In this document: positions 1-14,800 of the stretch, one piece after another
Numbering within the stretch: position 1 is the first letter of the stretch
How the letters are laid out: the number at the start of each line of letters is the position of its first letter
NCBI GenBank assembly: GCA_040954595.2
Contig: CM082577.2
Span: 7,527,846 to 7,591,845, forward strand
DNA from: Balanoglossus misakiensis
Lineage: Eukaryota; Animalia; Hemichordata
Reading direction: 5' to 3'
Length of the DNA: 64,000 nt
Notes under the pieces: model-generated
What the model saw: the letters and a program-made list of their open reading frames with translations, nothing else
The model's database searches: none
What the model was told of the DNA's origin: nothing
Program-made: the position numbers and the translations under genes

Positions 1-1342
1 CAGAGTTTTAGCCATTCTAGGCGAATAACTCGTCAAATCCCCGATAACCACGAGCAATAAAACTTCGCGAGGATGGCAGCTGTCACGTCACAGACGTGCG
101 CCTTGCAGGTGTAACCGGAAATTTAATACATAGCCCCCCATCCGGCAGGCACGGCTTCACGTCAGACGATTCAGACAGTGAACCGAATGTGACTGCCGAG
201 CTACAAAATCAGAATGGTGATGGAGGGGGTATAACCGAAGCACAGCGCGTTTGCCATCATCATTATAGACGGCGGGAGAGCTGTTCATGGTGATGGCATG
301 GTAATTTTTTTCCAGAGCGGTGATATGTAGTTATTCACCGACGCGCCGCGATACCTATCTTTTTTATCCTCTCCGGGAATGATTGCAGATCTGACTGTTG
401 ATAGATTTTACCCATAAAACGATAGGCATCACTAAATCAACCTTTCTTTGACATCTGCAAGTCAGAAACAAATTCTCCTTCGTTTTTTATCCAGGTTGGC
501 CTTGGAAACGCACTGAGCCAATGGGAGTTCACAGACGCCGACAACTTTTGTTCAATGTTAAAATATAGAGTCTGCTGTACTTGGACATGTGTGCCTTTCT
601 GTTTGGAACAAATTTTCTTGCCACTTCACCCCCTCCAAAACAACAACTTGATAGCTTGCTCGCATTAAGGCCCACTGTTGTTGACAAGGGCATTTCTTTA
701 AATATTCACAATAAACATTTTGTCAGTACAATACAGGAAGTGTCTATTGGGAAGCAAAAGGGGGAGCCTGCAGCGACCTTGACCTTCGTACATGAAACTG
801 CCTAGTTGACTGTAACGCGTGGCCAAGTCGCGAAAGTAACCGCAGCGCATTACCATAGTAATTAAAAAGTAAACGACCCATTAAGTCAGCAAATTAATCT
901 TTCGGATTGCCCAATCCAACATCGATCGAATAACAGTCACCTGAACGGATAAACCTAGTCGCAAGAAACCAATAGATACATAAATGCATCCCGCAGACCC
1001 GCCGATGCTAATCCACGTTAAATTAAAGACGGCTTCGGATTGTTCTTGGGTCTGGAATTAGTCTAGTTTTGTGTCAGAGATACGCGGGATGTATTAACCT
1101 ATTATTTCGAAATCGTCCATGTATGTTTCAGATGCTGTACATGTCTATTTCTCGTCAGAATGTTTATGTAACGACACGCGTCGATGATATCGCATACCGT
1201 CTATATACGTGAAGTCGATCGTTGGGTAAGCCGCGGCCTATGGCTCCGATATCATGCATGAAGTGAAATTTCTGTCTGCAGTGGCCAGATTGGATCATAT
1301 ATTTGAACAACGTAATGAATGAGTTGTGACTGTATGATGCTT

Positions 1343-1393
1343 GTGTGTGGGGGTGGGGGGTGGGGGTGTGTGTGGGGGGTGGGGGGTGGGGGG
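1343..1393 (+). repeat. G-rich simple repeat (GGGGGT/GT mix), potential G-quadruplex
   Basis: Six runs of 5-6 G separated by T or (TG)n, read directly from the sequence. Confidence 0.85.
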
Positions 1394-3394
1394 AACAGTC
1401 CCGGGAGGGGTCTCTTAAATGCTGAATATAAAGGCGGCATGTTTCTATAAAAAGGAAGGGGATTTTTTTTACCTCGAGTGGGGACCCTGTCTGAAAACGA
1501 TAAGTCATCATGGAAACAATGTTTATATTAATTAGAACTCATTAACCCCATTTCACACTGATGGTTTCCTCCACTTACCAGAGAATGCTAATTCGTCGAA
1601 ATGAAACGCCGGACACGCACCGTATGCCGTTCGGAGAATCTAGCTAATGATAGTTAATCGGCCAGATTCAATAAAAGAGCGGATTCAATTAAATCGATAA
1701 AACCCCGCGTCTATAGCATGCGTGTCAACCGCGGCCTACACCATCGTCCTACGTGCATAACGTGGTGTTTCGCAGATTCATTTACGAAAACAAAGACTGG
1801 CCATTTCTGGTCGGGTTAAAGCCACTGCGTTATTCACGGAAGATCTTTGACAGGACTCCGAGACAGGCTTCTCCAAATGTTACTCGAAGTTTGTTCAACA
1901 GGATTAACCAGAAATCTAAACAGCGTATATTTTATCCTTAAATATTTACGCAACTGCCAACATCTATAGCCAAACACTTTGTTCGCATCATTATCTCGTA
2001 CCTTACGTTCCCTGCAGTGTGTACCTAACGCAATGATCTATGTGACTGGAATATTTCTGAAACCCATCTCCGGGGGACGACTTTCTAAATCTTAGGAAAT
2101 AAATAACACGGCTGTTCGCATGTATCCAGTTTGAGTGACTGTTAATAGGGGCGAAGTATCCCAGAGAGATATTCTGCCTGCAATTGCTCACGTCGTCGGA
2201 TTGAGGTCTCGCTGGTCAAACGTTAGATTTGCCAGTCCCGGCAACGTTCTTACTGTTTTCATGTTTCTTTCCGTTTGAGATGTCCCAGGCCTGAGAATCC
2301 TGGGTCGTGTGCATGACGAGGGCAGACCTAAGAGGGCGCGCTAAGTCTCAAGGGGCGGTTGGCATTCCTCGAATCATACTATGCGGAATGATTAAACGAA
2401 TCATCCTGGACCCCCCCCCCCCCGTCCCCCCCCCTTTTCAGGCAAAATATTCAAGTCATGATATTATACTTGTCTGTAATTCTATGAGCTCGAGATTATA
2501 CAACGTTATCATATAGGAAATATAAGCTAGCTACATCTAAAACCCTAACAGTGGACACTAGAATAAACTGTTACAAGCGTTTTCAAGGAGGTCCGGTAAT
2601 CACGTCTGCGAATCACTTCCGGTTCATCAGAGCCGGAACCGTTGTTTATATTAACTGGATAGACTTGGCCTTCAGAGTCTCAAAGCCTGGCGTTCACTTT
2701 CCGAGGGTAATTTGCATATGAAAAATGAATCACGTGAATATCGTACCATATGAAGTGCGTGACGGCGCATCACTGAATGCTATAAGGAGACCACCGATAT
2801 GAGGATATAAAAGTGTCATCTTTCGCGTACAATTTCCATCAAAGATGATTAATAATACAAGACCAAGGTCAAGCCGACCGTCTTGACCTGCGTCAATATT
2901 GACACGAAAGTAGGCTCGCAATGTCGCATCTATAATTAACGAAACAATTACCTGAATTAATGATGACTAACATTAAGATTTGATACTGCGCAAGTCCTGG
3001 GTCATATATCTTTTTTCTCTCCAGTTTTTGTTCAACAGACTAATGTATAACCTTTTCTGAGAATGAATGTACGTGACAACTAATTTTATTTACCAGGAGT
3101 CAAACGCAAGTTTGTGCCTATCTTTTTTGTACTTCACCAAGACGATTGCAAAGATAACACACGTGCAGACAAATGTTTGTGGTGTACCCTAATGAAACAT
3201 CCCTGCGTAAAACTACATGTAAGACAGAGAGAAACACAGGCGAGGTAAGATAGGCTTCTGAGAAATCAAGATGTCTGAGATTCATCAACATGATCACTGC
3301 CGTAATTCCTACCTCCAGCCTGTGATTAAAGGCGGCCATATCAGTTACGCAATTGAGCGAATGACCACTACAGAATGGGAGATCCGATTATGCC

Positions 3395-3600
3395 GTCTGG
3401 GCCATGGGTATCCTATTAAGTCACTGTGACCCGATTCAAGTTATTATTCCAATGAAACAAAGTCTAATTTCTTTTCGTGGCGCGTTGTGACTTAAATAGG
3501 ATACCCAGACATTATCCTATTTAAGTCATTGTGACCCGATTAGCATTAATATTCAAATGAAACAAAAAACGTTTATTTTTTTCGTGGCGCACTGTGACTT
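3395..3600. repeat. ~115-bp MITE-like inverted-repeat unit followed by a partial tandem copy (period ~104 bp)
   Basis: TGGGTATCCTATTAAGTCAC (3405-3424) pairs with GTGACTTAAATAGGATACCCA (3487-3507). The internal sequence TATCCTAT..AAGTCA.TGTGACCCGATT...AATGAAACAAA...TTTTCGTGGCGC..TGTGACTT recurs at 3513-3600. Confidence 0.7.
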
Positions 3601-5449
3601 CTGAATTGGTAGTCATGCCAACAATATATGTGAGTGGCGTTATTTTTCGGCTTACAGGTGTTTAGATATAATGTTGAAAGGTTATGTTAGAACTATGCCT
3701 AGTCGAAGACAGTCTTATTGAATCGGATACCACTGTTGATGAATTTCCATCAATTCCTTGCGTGTTCCAATGAGCATACGTGGAAAACAACGAGGAACTG
3801 AAATCAGTGTTCTACCTCGTGGATTCACTAGCTCAAGCCTTATTGTGTATATGTACACCCAAATCTCTCTCGAATCTCCTCAATGATAGGAACATGTAAG
3901 GAGACCGCAAAGGAGGATTGGATGTACATAACATAGGAACAGCAAATGTTGTTCGTTGAACATGACATCGTTATTGTAAGGGAAACCCATAGCTCCTTAT
4001 CAACCACGGCATCCGATCCACTTTGAACGTGGCCGCGAAAGACTTTTTGTTTCCAATCCATTAAACCGCGAATTGACCACATACTTGTGTTAACTTTGAA
4101 TTTCTACGCGAGCGCGTTGTGACCATGGCAACCTGACGCAAAGTTCACGGCGGACCGATCTCGTCGATTAGAGCATGCCAAATGCGGAGGCGGTTGTTTA
4201 CTCTCAGTGTATACCACCGAGATTGGAATTGAATAATATTCTTGTGCTGGGAGTGCATTTTACACCGCCGGTCACCAGATGCCATAAAGAATGTAACATT
4301 CCTGGTCATGATCAAGTGTTCCTGTTCTTGATCAAGTGTTTCTACATACATATGGGAGGTATATACACGGCGCAGTGGCCAGGGCACTCGACTGGCTGTT
4401 GGAGAATAGCGCGTTTTAGAGCATGTGACACTACTGTGACGCCGTGCCTTTAAAGCAAGGTACCTTATTGCTCATCGCTTCTCCCTTACAACGTTCCGTT
4501 AAAGTTTGAGCTGACAGGTAACTTAAAGAACAACGCCGTTCGAATACTCAGGCAGGCAACCCAAAGTCAGTAACACCTCTCCAGGTTCGAAATCTCATAG
4601 TAGTTTGCAAGAACATATCCCCTGCACCAAAACTGTTAATAGTCTCTCGGAATAAATTTAGCGAATCTTTAACGCCATTTGCTATTTCACAAACGTAACT
4701 TAGCTCTTTTGTATCGAGTTAGTCGATACATACATGTACAAGGACCTCGACCATTATCGCCATATTCAGCTCGTGTGAGATTTTTCCTATGAATTATAAA
4801 CAGAAAAGCCCGAGGATGACACCGCACATTTTCTTCCTCGGTGACATTTCCTAATGGGAAAACCTTACAGGTACTCAAAACTAATGCGCCTCACTTCCGG
4901 CAGTGAATATTTTCCCTGCCCTTCGCACCTTATTCACGGCAAGAAATTAAGCTAATGTGGAATACCTCGCACACACATTTTAATACTCTGCGTTCAATTT
5001 AGGGTCCATTAGCTGTAACTTTTGGCTTTTTCTTGAGCATTTTTCTGTTCAGAGTATATCGACTCAATTTTCTGGTACAGCTCCCTCGAGTACGATGGAA
5101 TGCCTTGTATATTTGGTTTATCAGCACAGCCAATGTATGCGTAGAAATTATTGTAATGATTTATGCGCTGTTTTAGTGGATATCTCTTCCCAACACGGCG
5201 TTTTTGACATTTTCCATTTTCTTCACCCCTACTTTAATCATTAAAACCAGTTTTCACACGTTTGTTTCGAAAAAGGAACCAGACATGAGCTGTATGTGCT
5301 CCCGTGTTTTGACAAGGAATATCCTATTATCATCCTTGTATATGGCAAGTTACAATTGGGGGCACTACTCTGGACGTGTATATCATATTTGTTCGATATA
5401 TGTGCGTTGGTATGTATCATCGAGAGTGGTACAGTAACTTCAGAAATCT

Positions 5450-5910
5450 GTCGCTATTAACAGCAAAAGTTAACAAAATATGTAAATTTGACGTTGCAAT
5501 GATTCTCTGCGGAATACAGTTCAAGATATGTGAGACGGGTGTTAATAGAATATGCAAATTAGTAGTTAATTGGTGTGACACACATTGTGTTATCATATGA
5601 TATTCATGGTAAGTTTCGTTAAATTTGGAGCAGTAATTCTTTGCATATTTCAAAACTGTGGTTGGTGCTCTCCAGATGACAACCATTATCCGAAATATAT
5701 CGATCTTTGATAACTTAGTTAATATGCAAGTCACGCCCCCTAAATCTAATCCGGTCTGGCCTTCTCAACCTGTTCACCTCATTTGCATATAAACCGATAA
5801 GCCGTTCTTGATATATCGACGACACAGACAGACAGACATGTCACACGCACGGACTGGCATATAAAACGATAGAAATCGGCATATATTAGCACACCCTTGC
5901 GAGAACACGG
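5450..5910 (+). mobile_element. Possible degraded DINE-1/HINE-like (Helentron-associated) non-autonomous element
   Basis: Phrases typical of such repeats (AAGTTTCGTTAAATTT, AAATCTAATCC, repeated ATATGCAAAT/ATTTGCATAT, CCGTTCTTGATATATCG) followed by an ACAG microsatellite near the 3' end. Termini not resolved; pattern resemblance only. Confidence 0.3.
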
Positions 5911-8900
5911 GACCTGAAATGTGTGTCGCCACAAGTCGACGGCAATTAGGATCATTTCCAGGAGAGTTTAAATGTAATATACTTCACGAAATGACCCATG
6001 GGAACCAAGAATTCCTGTATAGGTTGGTTGTTTTAGCATCGCATTACGCGGTTGAATAGCCAGACGACGTCTGCGAATAACACTACAGCACACAAATGTG
6101 TCGGCCTTGTCCTCGCCATACACTTCAAATTAATACTTCGGCGCATATATAAACTGACCCGCCGCCCACACATTTGTGCTGTGGCGTATGAAGTGTGAAT
6201 GAAACTACATTTGTATCATTAGTGTTGATACCTACGTAGATAGCATCATGAATAGCTGAATGAATGAATACTCATGCAGACGTTCGTATCGAGTCTTCTT
6301 CGGCGACCTTGACATTCGTGCAACTGTAAACTTTTACAACATTGGCAGTGGTTGCTTCCTTGATATGAAATGTGTCTTATATTCTTGTGGATAAGATTTC
6401 CATTTTCATTATTATGCAGGGCCTGTAAAGCGCTGTCTATCAGTTTCTTTGGTGGAAGGGCCAGAAAACAGAGACCTGCCTAGTGGACTTATGGTAGGGA
6501 GAACACTGTCAAACGTACAAGATGCACATGTCACAATTGCAAATTGTTTTTAAGGTAAATGACATACAAATAATATTCAGAGAATAATATATTTGTGACC
6601 GGATGCGACACACTGCGCAGGCAAATATTGTGCGAATATATAGTACATGCTCTTCAAGTACTGGCAGCAAAATTTATACTGACAGTCAAATAATTTGATT
6701 CGGAAAGCGGGGATAACACTGAGTTCGTTGGAAGTGTCTTTAATTTTTCATGCCCGGGTGAATTTTTGAGATTTTTGCATACACACTGAGTCAGTCCCGG
6801 GTGGAACATCTACGAAATTTAATTTGGGGTAAGCTGAAAAGTGTGCTTTAAGACGCCGTACAATATTTTGCCCGGCCTGGATTTCCCTTGGCAGATTTGA
6901 CGGCCTTTAATGTATTGACCCTGGCATGTTGAGCTTTGCACAAGTAAACCCTTGGTTAACATTGACTTAACGGCATTAGATGCCAGCAATTATTGGAGAC
7001 CCCGTGCACTGACAGAAGAGAAGTGAAAAATACATCTACATGAACCGCTTTTCAAGCCGAGAATGTCCTCCCAATATAAACTGTCTATAACTGCGTGAAA
7101 TATCGCGGGATCTCGCAAGAGTTCGGAAAAGAGTCTATTGTATTCGTCGCCACCCGGCCTGAATGCTAAACGCGAAGCTCCCTCTCTGCAGCGCGCTGTC
7201 TTCAAATGCCCAGAGTCTTACCGGAGGTCAGAGGTCGACAATTCAAATAACCCAGGTTAATAGATGCTCGGGGACCAGCTGCTTCGGCATGGCTGTAATC
7301 CTCGATAATTCTAACCGCGCCGCGAGTCCTGCAGATGATTTGGGTCGAGACCGTAGCGACCTGAAGACATCGGCAAGTTCTTGTGAGATAGCAAGGAATG
7401 CATAGAATTTGGCGCGCTGCAGACTGCTGGGGTTCATTTCACCGCAATACAACCAAGCGAAGATCACAGATTCGAAGATGCCTGGAGTTAATGAATAGAA
7501 ATGAAGTTGCAACGGTGTGCACATGCCTGCATACTGATATATTTCACGGCTTTCCTTAATATACCGACCCAGCTTAGATGGCTCTCCTTTTTCTGCAAAT
7601 AACCGTAATTCATTTAATAATCCCGTGATGCATGGTCTTTTGCAGGAAATCGCTTTACTTCTAGACGTCGATGAAAAATACCTCAACATCATCACTAAAT
7701 ATCGTCTTGCTTAAGATGGAGAAGCGGGCCAGATCTTTGAACTGAGCTAGCGATATCATAAAGTACAGAGAGAAAGAATAATTATCACAGAAGATTAAAT
7801 GTCAACTTTCTGATTTGCTATCGGCAGAGATAAAAACCTCCAAAGTGTTATCAATGCAACTGTTACGGTATTATTTAATCTCGTCGCAGAGAACATATAA
7901 GACAGGATCGAGTCGGTATCGTATAGCAAGTTACTCGCATAACACGAGTGGAACCGGCACAATGAGATTTTCCAATACCATACAAGAATTCCTGAAACTG
8001 GCGCTTGCTTACTCGTTTGACGTTATTTGTTGGAAGCCGAGTCTTCGGATCGAAATCCGAATAATTAGATCGGGTTATAATCGGAAATAATCGGATTAAT
8101 TAAAATAGGATTATTTTCAAATAGCCCCGGAGTCACATTGTCGAGTTCATGAACATTCAAGGTTCATCGACATGTACAGGTCAATGACCCGATGTTGTCT
8201 TGTAATATAACCACCTGCGCGGTTAGCTTGTCGTCTCAGTAACCTGACATTGATTCGAGTGGTCACCTTTTACTCGCGAGCTGTGAGACAAGACGGATCG
8301 TTTAAATCATCTCGCCCTTAATTACACCGAGTCTATTATAGGCTTTTAAATGTACTCCCGTGCCATTGGCCTATTGGGTGCACATTACCGAGAACTTTTG
8401 CCTGGAATGAATTCACCACATGCTATGCGATGATGAAATGACGCGGCCTGACTAATGCGTGCTTTTAGAGAAAGAGCAAATCAGCTTATTTATCTCAAAC
8501 CAGTTAAAATATAGCTAGTCTCAGAAAGATTCAGATTCAATTCGCAAGTTGTAAGTGTTCGTTAATTCGTCATATTATGATACATGAAGCAGGGCGCGTT
8601 CAATCTTTTCGACGAATTCCGAAGTGTGGATTTGTCGTTTTGTGCGGTTGTGTTTGTTTACGTTTTCTACTCCCGTTTATCTTTTGTGATTTTTTGCTCT
8701 TGACGTCAGCGCTATGTACTTAAACTACGGCTAACTTCATTGAATCCGTGTATTTTTATCGCGTTTTAAAATTTGTAAATGCAGCCAAACTTGATCAAAT
8801 TCTCGTGGTGTGCGTTTAAAGAAAATAAAACATGTATTTGCTAGCCATTGCCTGAGATGGTACACCAAGAATCCGAACCAAAACCTCCGCACAAAGTTTG

Positions 8901-11745
8901 AACTGGCCACTTCACAAATATTTAGCAAGCTTTGAGTAAAGCCGGGGACTTCAATGGCAACGCCGACCTGTCTTGCCAAAGATACACAACCTTTTCTACG
9001 ACTGCAGGGATTTCCATTAAAGTTTGGTGATCAAATGCATTCCCGCAAGCACGGTGATAAACTTGCCCCAAGTCACTCATCTGTATCGCAGCGCTCACAA
9101 AGCGAGTTTGCCTGGCATGTCTAAATTTGAGCGGGGACCATTTCGATTTGACGTCAAGATAACTGTTAGATAACAGAGAGGTTTTTAATTAAGGCGGCCA
9201 CCTGGATGCATGCTGTCAGTTGGTGATTGTCTATATGTGATCACTTCGTCTGTTATTTTACTTCCTATGATAGAGCGTAAACCTTTAGATTTTAGAAACA
9301 TATTGTCAAGAAGTCGAGGCCATATTTCGATGTTTGCTCATGTCAGTTGCCTTTTACCTTCACCGTGGATAAGCTAACTTGAACCCATAAAGAAGAATAC
9401 GACGGTGGGAGTGGTAAACACACCCACGCCGTATGCGAACCCGTGTACATAATGTGTTAAACTCTAGTTGGGGAGTAATTGGGGTTTTGCCAGTATCATT
9501 AAAATAATCATAACAAACTTTACGGTACATTAACCATATTTAGCTGGCGGTGTTATTTTAGTTCCACCGTTTTCTTCAAAGGTATGTATCTTTCGATCGC
9601 TTAGTATCTGAACTTGAGATTGGTTTTGATAATTTACCCCTAAATCGGTAGATGGATACATTTTGGGTTTTAAAACCCTTACATTTGGGATTACACATAG
9701 AGAGATGGTCGTTTCTTAATTTGGAAACATGCGCTTACTTGAAGATAGTCTATTATGTATACAACTTGAATAAATTAGGGTATTCCACCGTGTTATAAGG
9801 TTTCAAACAGGAATCTATTTTAGATGTGTAAAACACGACCAAATAAGGGGGAAGTCACAGAAAATGGAGTTCGAAACCAGCAGCTACGCTATGACTGCAT
9901 AGTCTTGGATGTTACTTCCCTATAGGAACATCATCGTAAATATTCTTTCCATGAACTTCTTACGAACCTTTTAAGTAAAACCACTCCTATGAACACTGCT
10001 AATAACGGATTGGTTTCCATTTAAGTGAATGGTATAAACATGCCGTCCATTTTGGATGTTCTGAGGAAACTGTTTTCAATGTTTTGATTGAATGACCACA
10101 TCTATGAAGTGACGTCTCCGAAGGTTGCTGTATTGTCCTTCGGAAGACAAGTCCCTTTTATCAGTTTTGGAAACGAGAAAACAGAATCTATCTTTTATGT
10201 GCCATATCCCGTAAGTCACATTCAGTTTTTTTGTAAGAAAAAATCATTTCCCAAATGGATATTTGCCGACGCACTTGTAAGTGATTATTTGTGCGCGAAC
10301 AATGGTGTTTATCATGCTCACGACATTTTCTTCAAAGTCGCCAGTATTGGACTGCATGCGGAACGACGGTGACCTAAAAAAGCACGGAGTGTATTATATG
10401 TTTAGGTTTTTTGTAAACAAAAACAAAAAACAGAAAAACAAAACTTTAGAAAGTATAACAACTGCACGCGGTCTTTTCGAAACAAAACATGGCTTCATAG
10501 CAGAATAGGTCGTTTTGGTATCTTCGCGATGTATTTTAAGTTTTGTGTACGTGGAGCTGAACGCGGCATATACAACCGAACCTGAAGCGCAGTGAACGAC
10601 GCCCACAGCGATACAGATCCAGACTCGGACCACCCCGCATCTTGAATCCCGCGTATACTAGTGTATGTCAATCATACTTACAGCGAGAACCAAAAAAAAA
10701 CTCTCCAGTGTTAATAAACTTAAATGTTTCGAAGCTCTGGTCAGCATCAGGGATGAATGCGCCGAACGCACAGACAGACAGGAATAAATCTGAGATACAT
10801 TGACGAAATAATGATCATCTCGGATACAGGAGCTTTTCAACTCTCAAGTCGGCCTCTATTCAATGCCTCGTAGCGTCGCTATTCTCGATTGCCTCGTTCT
10901 CTTGAAAAGGCATCGATCGATGAATTCCATATTTTAACAGATTCTACATCGCTACATCTGCGGATGAATAAAAAGCGCCTTTTATCTCCTTTTTCCGACT
11001 TTTTCAAGAAGTACTGAAAGAAATGTTAAGGAAATGATGAAGCAAAAATCTGATAGATTTGACACGCACTGCACGCGTGATTGACAGGGAGATAGGCGTA
11101 GGCACCGGATCGAATTAGCTGGCGAAAAATGTGAATATGAATGCGTATGAGATTGAAGTACCAGCCAGTTGTAAATGTTGAAAGAATTGGACTTCATAAC
11201 TTCCAAGATGTCAAGAAAGAACGAGTCTCCTGGCATTTTTGATTGTCAGAAAGACTCAGAAGAAATAGTTGCCATGCGTGTTTTATAACAATCATACTCG
11301 TCAAGTTCGACCGCAATAAATCTATTTTCAATGCTCCAATCCCTAATACATAATCACGAATCTCTTGTACATGTACATGACCGTACATCATACCACTGGC
11401 CTTCTACTACAACAGATTATCTGTCGAAGACGACCTGGATGTCTTGCAACGTCGTCAATGAGTTTAATGACTATTTCTACGTTTGTACACACAGTTGTTT
11501 TTTAACGCATACACAACCGAGTCCTAGTTGTTTCATAAAATGGCATATCTAGTTATCTTACATTCCGGTCGACTGTGCATCCTGGACTATGGGGAATTCT
11601 CAGTACGCTAGACCACACATTCAAGGAATTCAAAGCAACAGAACGGAATAATGAATGTCAGATGTTAAAGCAGAACTAGATCAACTGATTTGTAAATGAA
11701 GTTTTTTCAAGAACATCGGCAACCGCGGAATATGCTCATAACATG

Positions 11746-11815
11746 TGACTGACTGACTGACTGACTGACTGACTGACTGGATTGATTGATTGATTGTTTG
11801 CTTGATTGATTGATT
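11746..11815 (+). repeat. Compound microsatellite (TGAC)n-(GATT)n
   Basis: Direct reading. An AATAAA on the minus strand lies just upstream (11833-11838). Confidence 0.95.
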
Positions 11816-14800
11816 CGTAAGTTAGTTAACACTTTATTCGGATATATCACTTTACCATAGCTAACTTGATTAAACGGGTGCGGTATCCGTTTATTATAGA
11901 CCAACATGTACATATTCAAATGTACATCCACAACCAGAGAGTGATAGTGCGTTTGTGTATACCCACCGGTAGGCTCATGTAAATAAGACATTTTGCGTTT
12001 GATAGTAAAGATCTGAAATTAAGGCAAAACAATGGCAGCGACTGGGGCTTTAAGTAGGTCAGGCAAGTTTTTAACAGACAATGTACTTTCAAGGGAAGGT
12101 AATAGAGGCACAGTTATTATCCATTCATTATACATGTCAGTCACTATGTCATGCATGTGAACCGAGGGACAAACTTGATCAACCTTTCGGTTTCATTTAA
12201 GAAACTAATTCGCTGTCGGCATTTTGGAAGTTTTCAGAAAGTCTGATCAACGAGATTGGAGTTTTCGTGGATTTGCGAATAAGTAATGGGGTATGTCTTC
12301 TTACTGTCATTCTCAAACCACCGATGACAAGCAAAACTACATGTAGTTATATAATTCAAATGTGGCCACGCTATACACAATGAAGTTTGAAATCTGGATA
12401 AGTCTGCTGGGGCCACATCCGTTGTCTGACGGTTGCCTTGGCGACTGATTCTGTTGTTTAGATGCTCCGCTGATGGTTCACTGCACGTTTTCCAAAGTGG
12501 CCATCAGCACTCCAGAACCATATGCGGGAAATGCCACAAACAAAGAACGTGAAAACGCGATTAATTTTTCAAATTTACTTGAAAGCACATTTTATGGATA
12601 ATCGCCGGACTTATGTGAACTATTTCGCATGCCTTTGGAGAAAGAAGGAAATTGCCTAAATCCTGAAAAATTACGTGACTGGCTACCTACATTATCTGTA
12701 CAACGTAAGACCGTAATCGGATATAGCAGTCGATCGTGGCTTATTTTCCGAAACGAAGGCAGATATTATCTCGTTGAAATTTTTAAAACTCGCATTCGGG
12801 GCACGATGTGTCTCGGCACTTCAAGTTTGAAGTGTTTTCCCCCAGACACTCCGACTGGCTAACCGCACTGTCGACGCGACTGCATACACTCATATTTAAC
12901 TCGATGCATCCAATTTACGCGCCGAATTGAGCGATCTGAGACGCGCGTGTGTCTAAATCAGCAAAACTGTCGCGGGAACAAATGCGCGCTTCCTGACAAT
13001 TGTTGAATTTCTCTCTTTGAAGATCTGGATGCTTGGGCACGTTTGTGCCGGATACCCCCTGACACTACGCGGGGAAAGCCCAGCTGGAGTGGCACTGTAC
13101 ACAGTCTTGAAACAGTAATGAATATCTTAACAAACTGAACGACTGCTCAATTTGCGGTTGGAGAATAAAAAAAGAAAGCCATTCGTGGTCGTTATTCCAA
13201 GCCGTTTCGCAAGGACGCGCTTACGTGCAACTTTCCAAGGGTCTCGGAATGGGGCTCGGTGTTTAGCGATCGCGAAGCGTGCCGTGATGATAGCGCAGAT
13301 GATGGGTTCCGGGAGAAAAACACCACCAAGGACGGTGTTGCTGCATGAAGAGAAGAGCACACACTCAGCCGTGCGTGACAACAACGCGTTCAAGTGTTGC
13401 ATAGCGTCGCTTTCCATACTACTTCATTTATACACTTTGTTCTGTGCGCGAGGCATCGGAAATTGTCATGTGAAACTATTGCAATGCGTTAAATTGTCCA
13501 TTTCTTCGCGTATACCTCCTTCCGCGAGCAAATAGAAACTCACTCATATTGCAATACTATTCACCCTTTTTTGGCATGAGGCAATATGTACGTCACTCGT
13601 TCGATTATGAGGGGCGGTCGGTTTCATCTGCATCGGTCTCATCAAAAGTTGATTATCAGACATTGAGATGAAATAGATGCGCACGGTCACAAAATGCTAT
13701 CGTATCTTATGATGTGACCAGCGACCATCGGGAATTATATCATACAATAGCTTGAAATGAAATCAAAAATATATGATAACGTCAATTTATATCCGAAATT
13801 GGCATTCTCTCCAATGCAAGCTAAATTCCCAGACCGCATGGGTTTCTAGGTTAACCTGCTATAAATACGCCATATTGCCTGGCAAACTACAAATGTGTCA
13901 TGAAGGCGATAGGTAATCTGGGTAAAACTATCTTGAGCAATCGCGCGGAAATGGAAAAATATAGATAGCGTATTTATAGCTCTTGGCAGCACTATCAGAA
14001 TTTGTCCAATGTATATGAATTATTACTCCCGTCGTTCGAGGTTGCTAAGTGGCTTGTTGACTACATAAATCAGATGGAAAGTTCTCCAGAAGGGATATTC
14101 GTCCAAGGGACACTAACATCATTATCGCCGGCCAATTAATATATGGTGAGAAATATGGCGGATGTCCGCCATTTTGACGCTTTTGTGGGTCTTAGAAGCT
14201 ACATTTGAAGAAATAACAATTTAGTGTAATATATCTTGCACGCCGTGATACAGATAGTTGCAAATAAAACGATTTTTTTCACCGGATGGGTATTGTCGAA
14301 GTTGTTCCGATATAGGCCGCATAAGCGCCCTCAGGGTGATAATTTAACACATTTGTTCGTATGTTGTTATGGGGGATGTTTCCTTTCATTGAAGCGGACA
14401 TCATGAGGAAACGGGGAAGACTGTACCTGTACCGTCCTAAACAAGATGTTACTTGGTTAAAATCGCTCTACTTGAGTTCAGATCGCTTCCTATCTGGTGT
14501 GGATATGTACAAATGTACGTGTAAGTGGGCAACACTATATAGTTCTACCGTAAGAGTATGAGTTCAACAGTTACTGTCAATCAAAATGTCCATCAAAGAT
14601 AAGCATTTTATCGCTGTCTATACGTTGCAATAAATAGGGTTCTTCATCGAAAGCTACGACGAAGCTCTAAATTTCGAATTGACTTCAGTGATGTTGCAAT
14701 TGACGTGACACGTAAATACAGACCACAAAAGAGTTGCGCGGAGAGTCAAACGCACACCTGCATGATTGTGGGCAATCAATATAATAACAGTCAAAATGGT

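Noticed and set aside
6085-6182. Short imperfect inverted repeat (ACAGCAC[AC]AAATGTGT); similar small hairpins near 10113-10148 and 12469-12508
   Set aside because: The stems are short and imperfect with no TSD or terminal signature, so they are plausible by chance in 64 kb.
6990-7695. Two consecutive minus-strand ORFs (150 and 71 aa) with a donor-like CCG|GTAAGA near 7220
   Set aside because: No recognisable domain, stops between the frames and no coherent exon structure. A degraded gene remnant cannot be fully excluded without a search.
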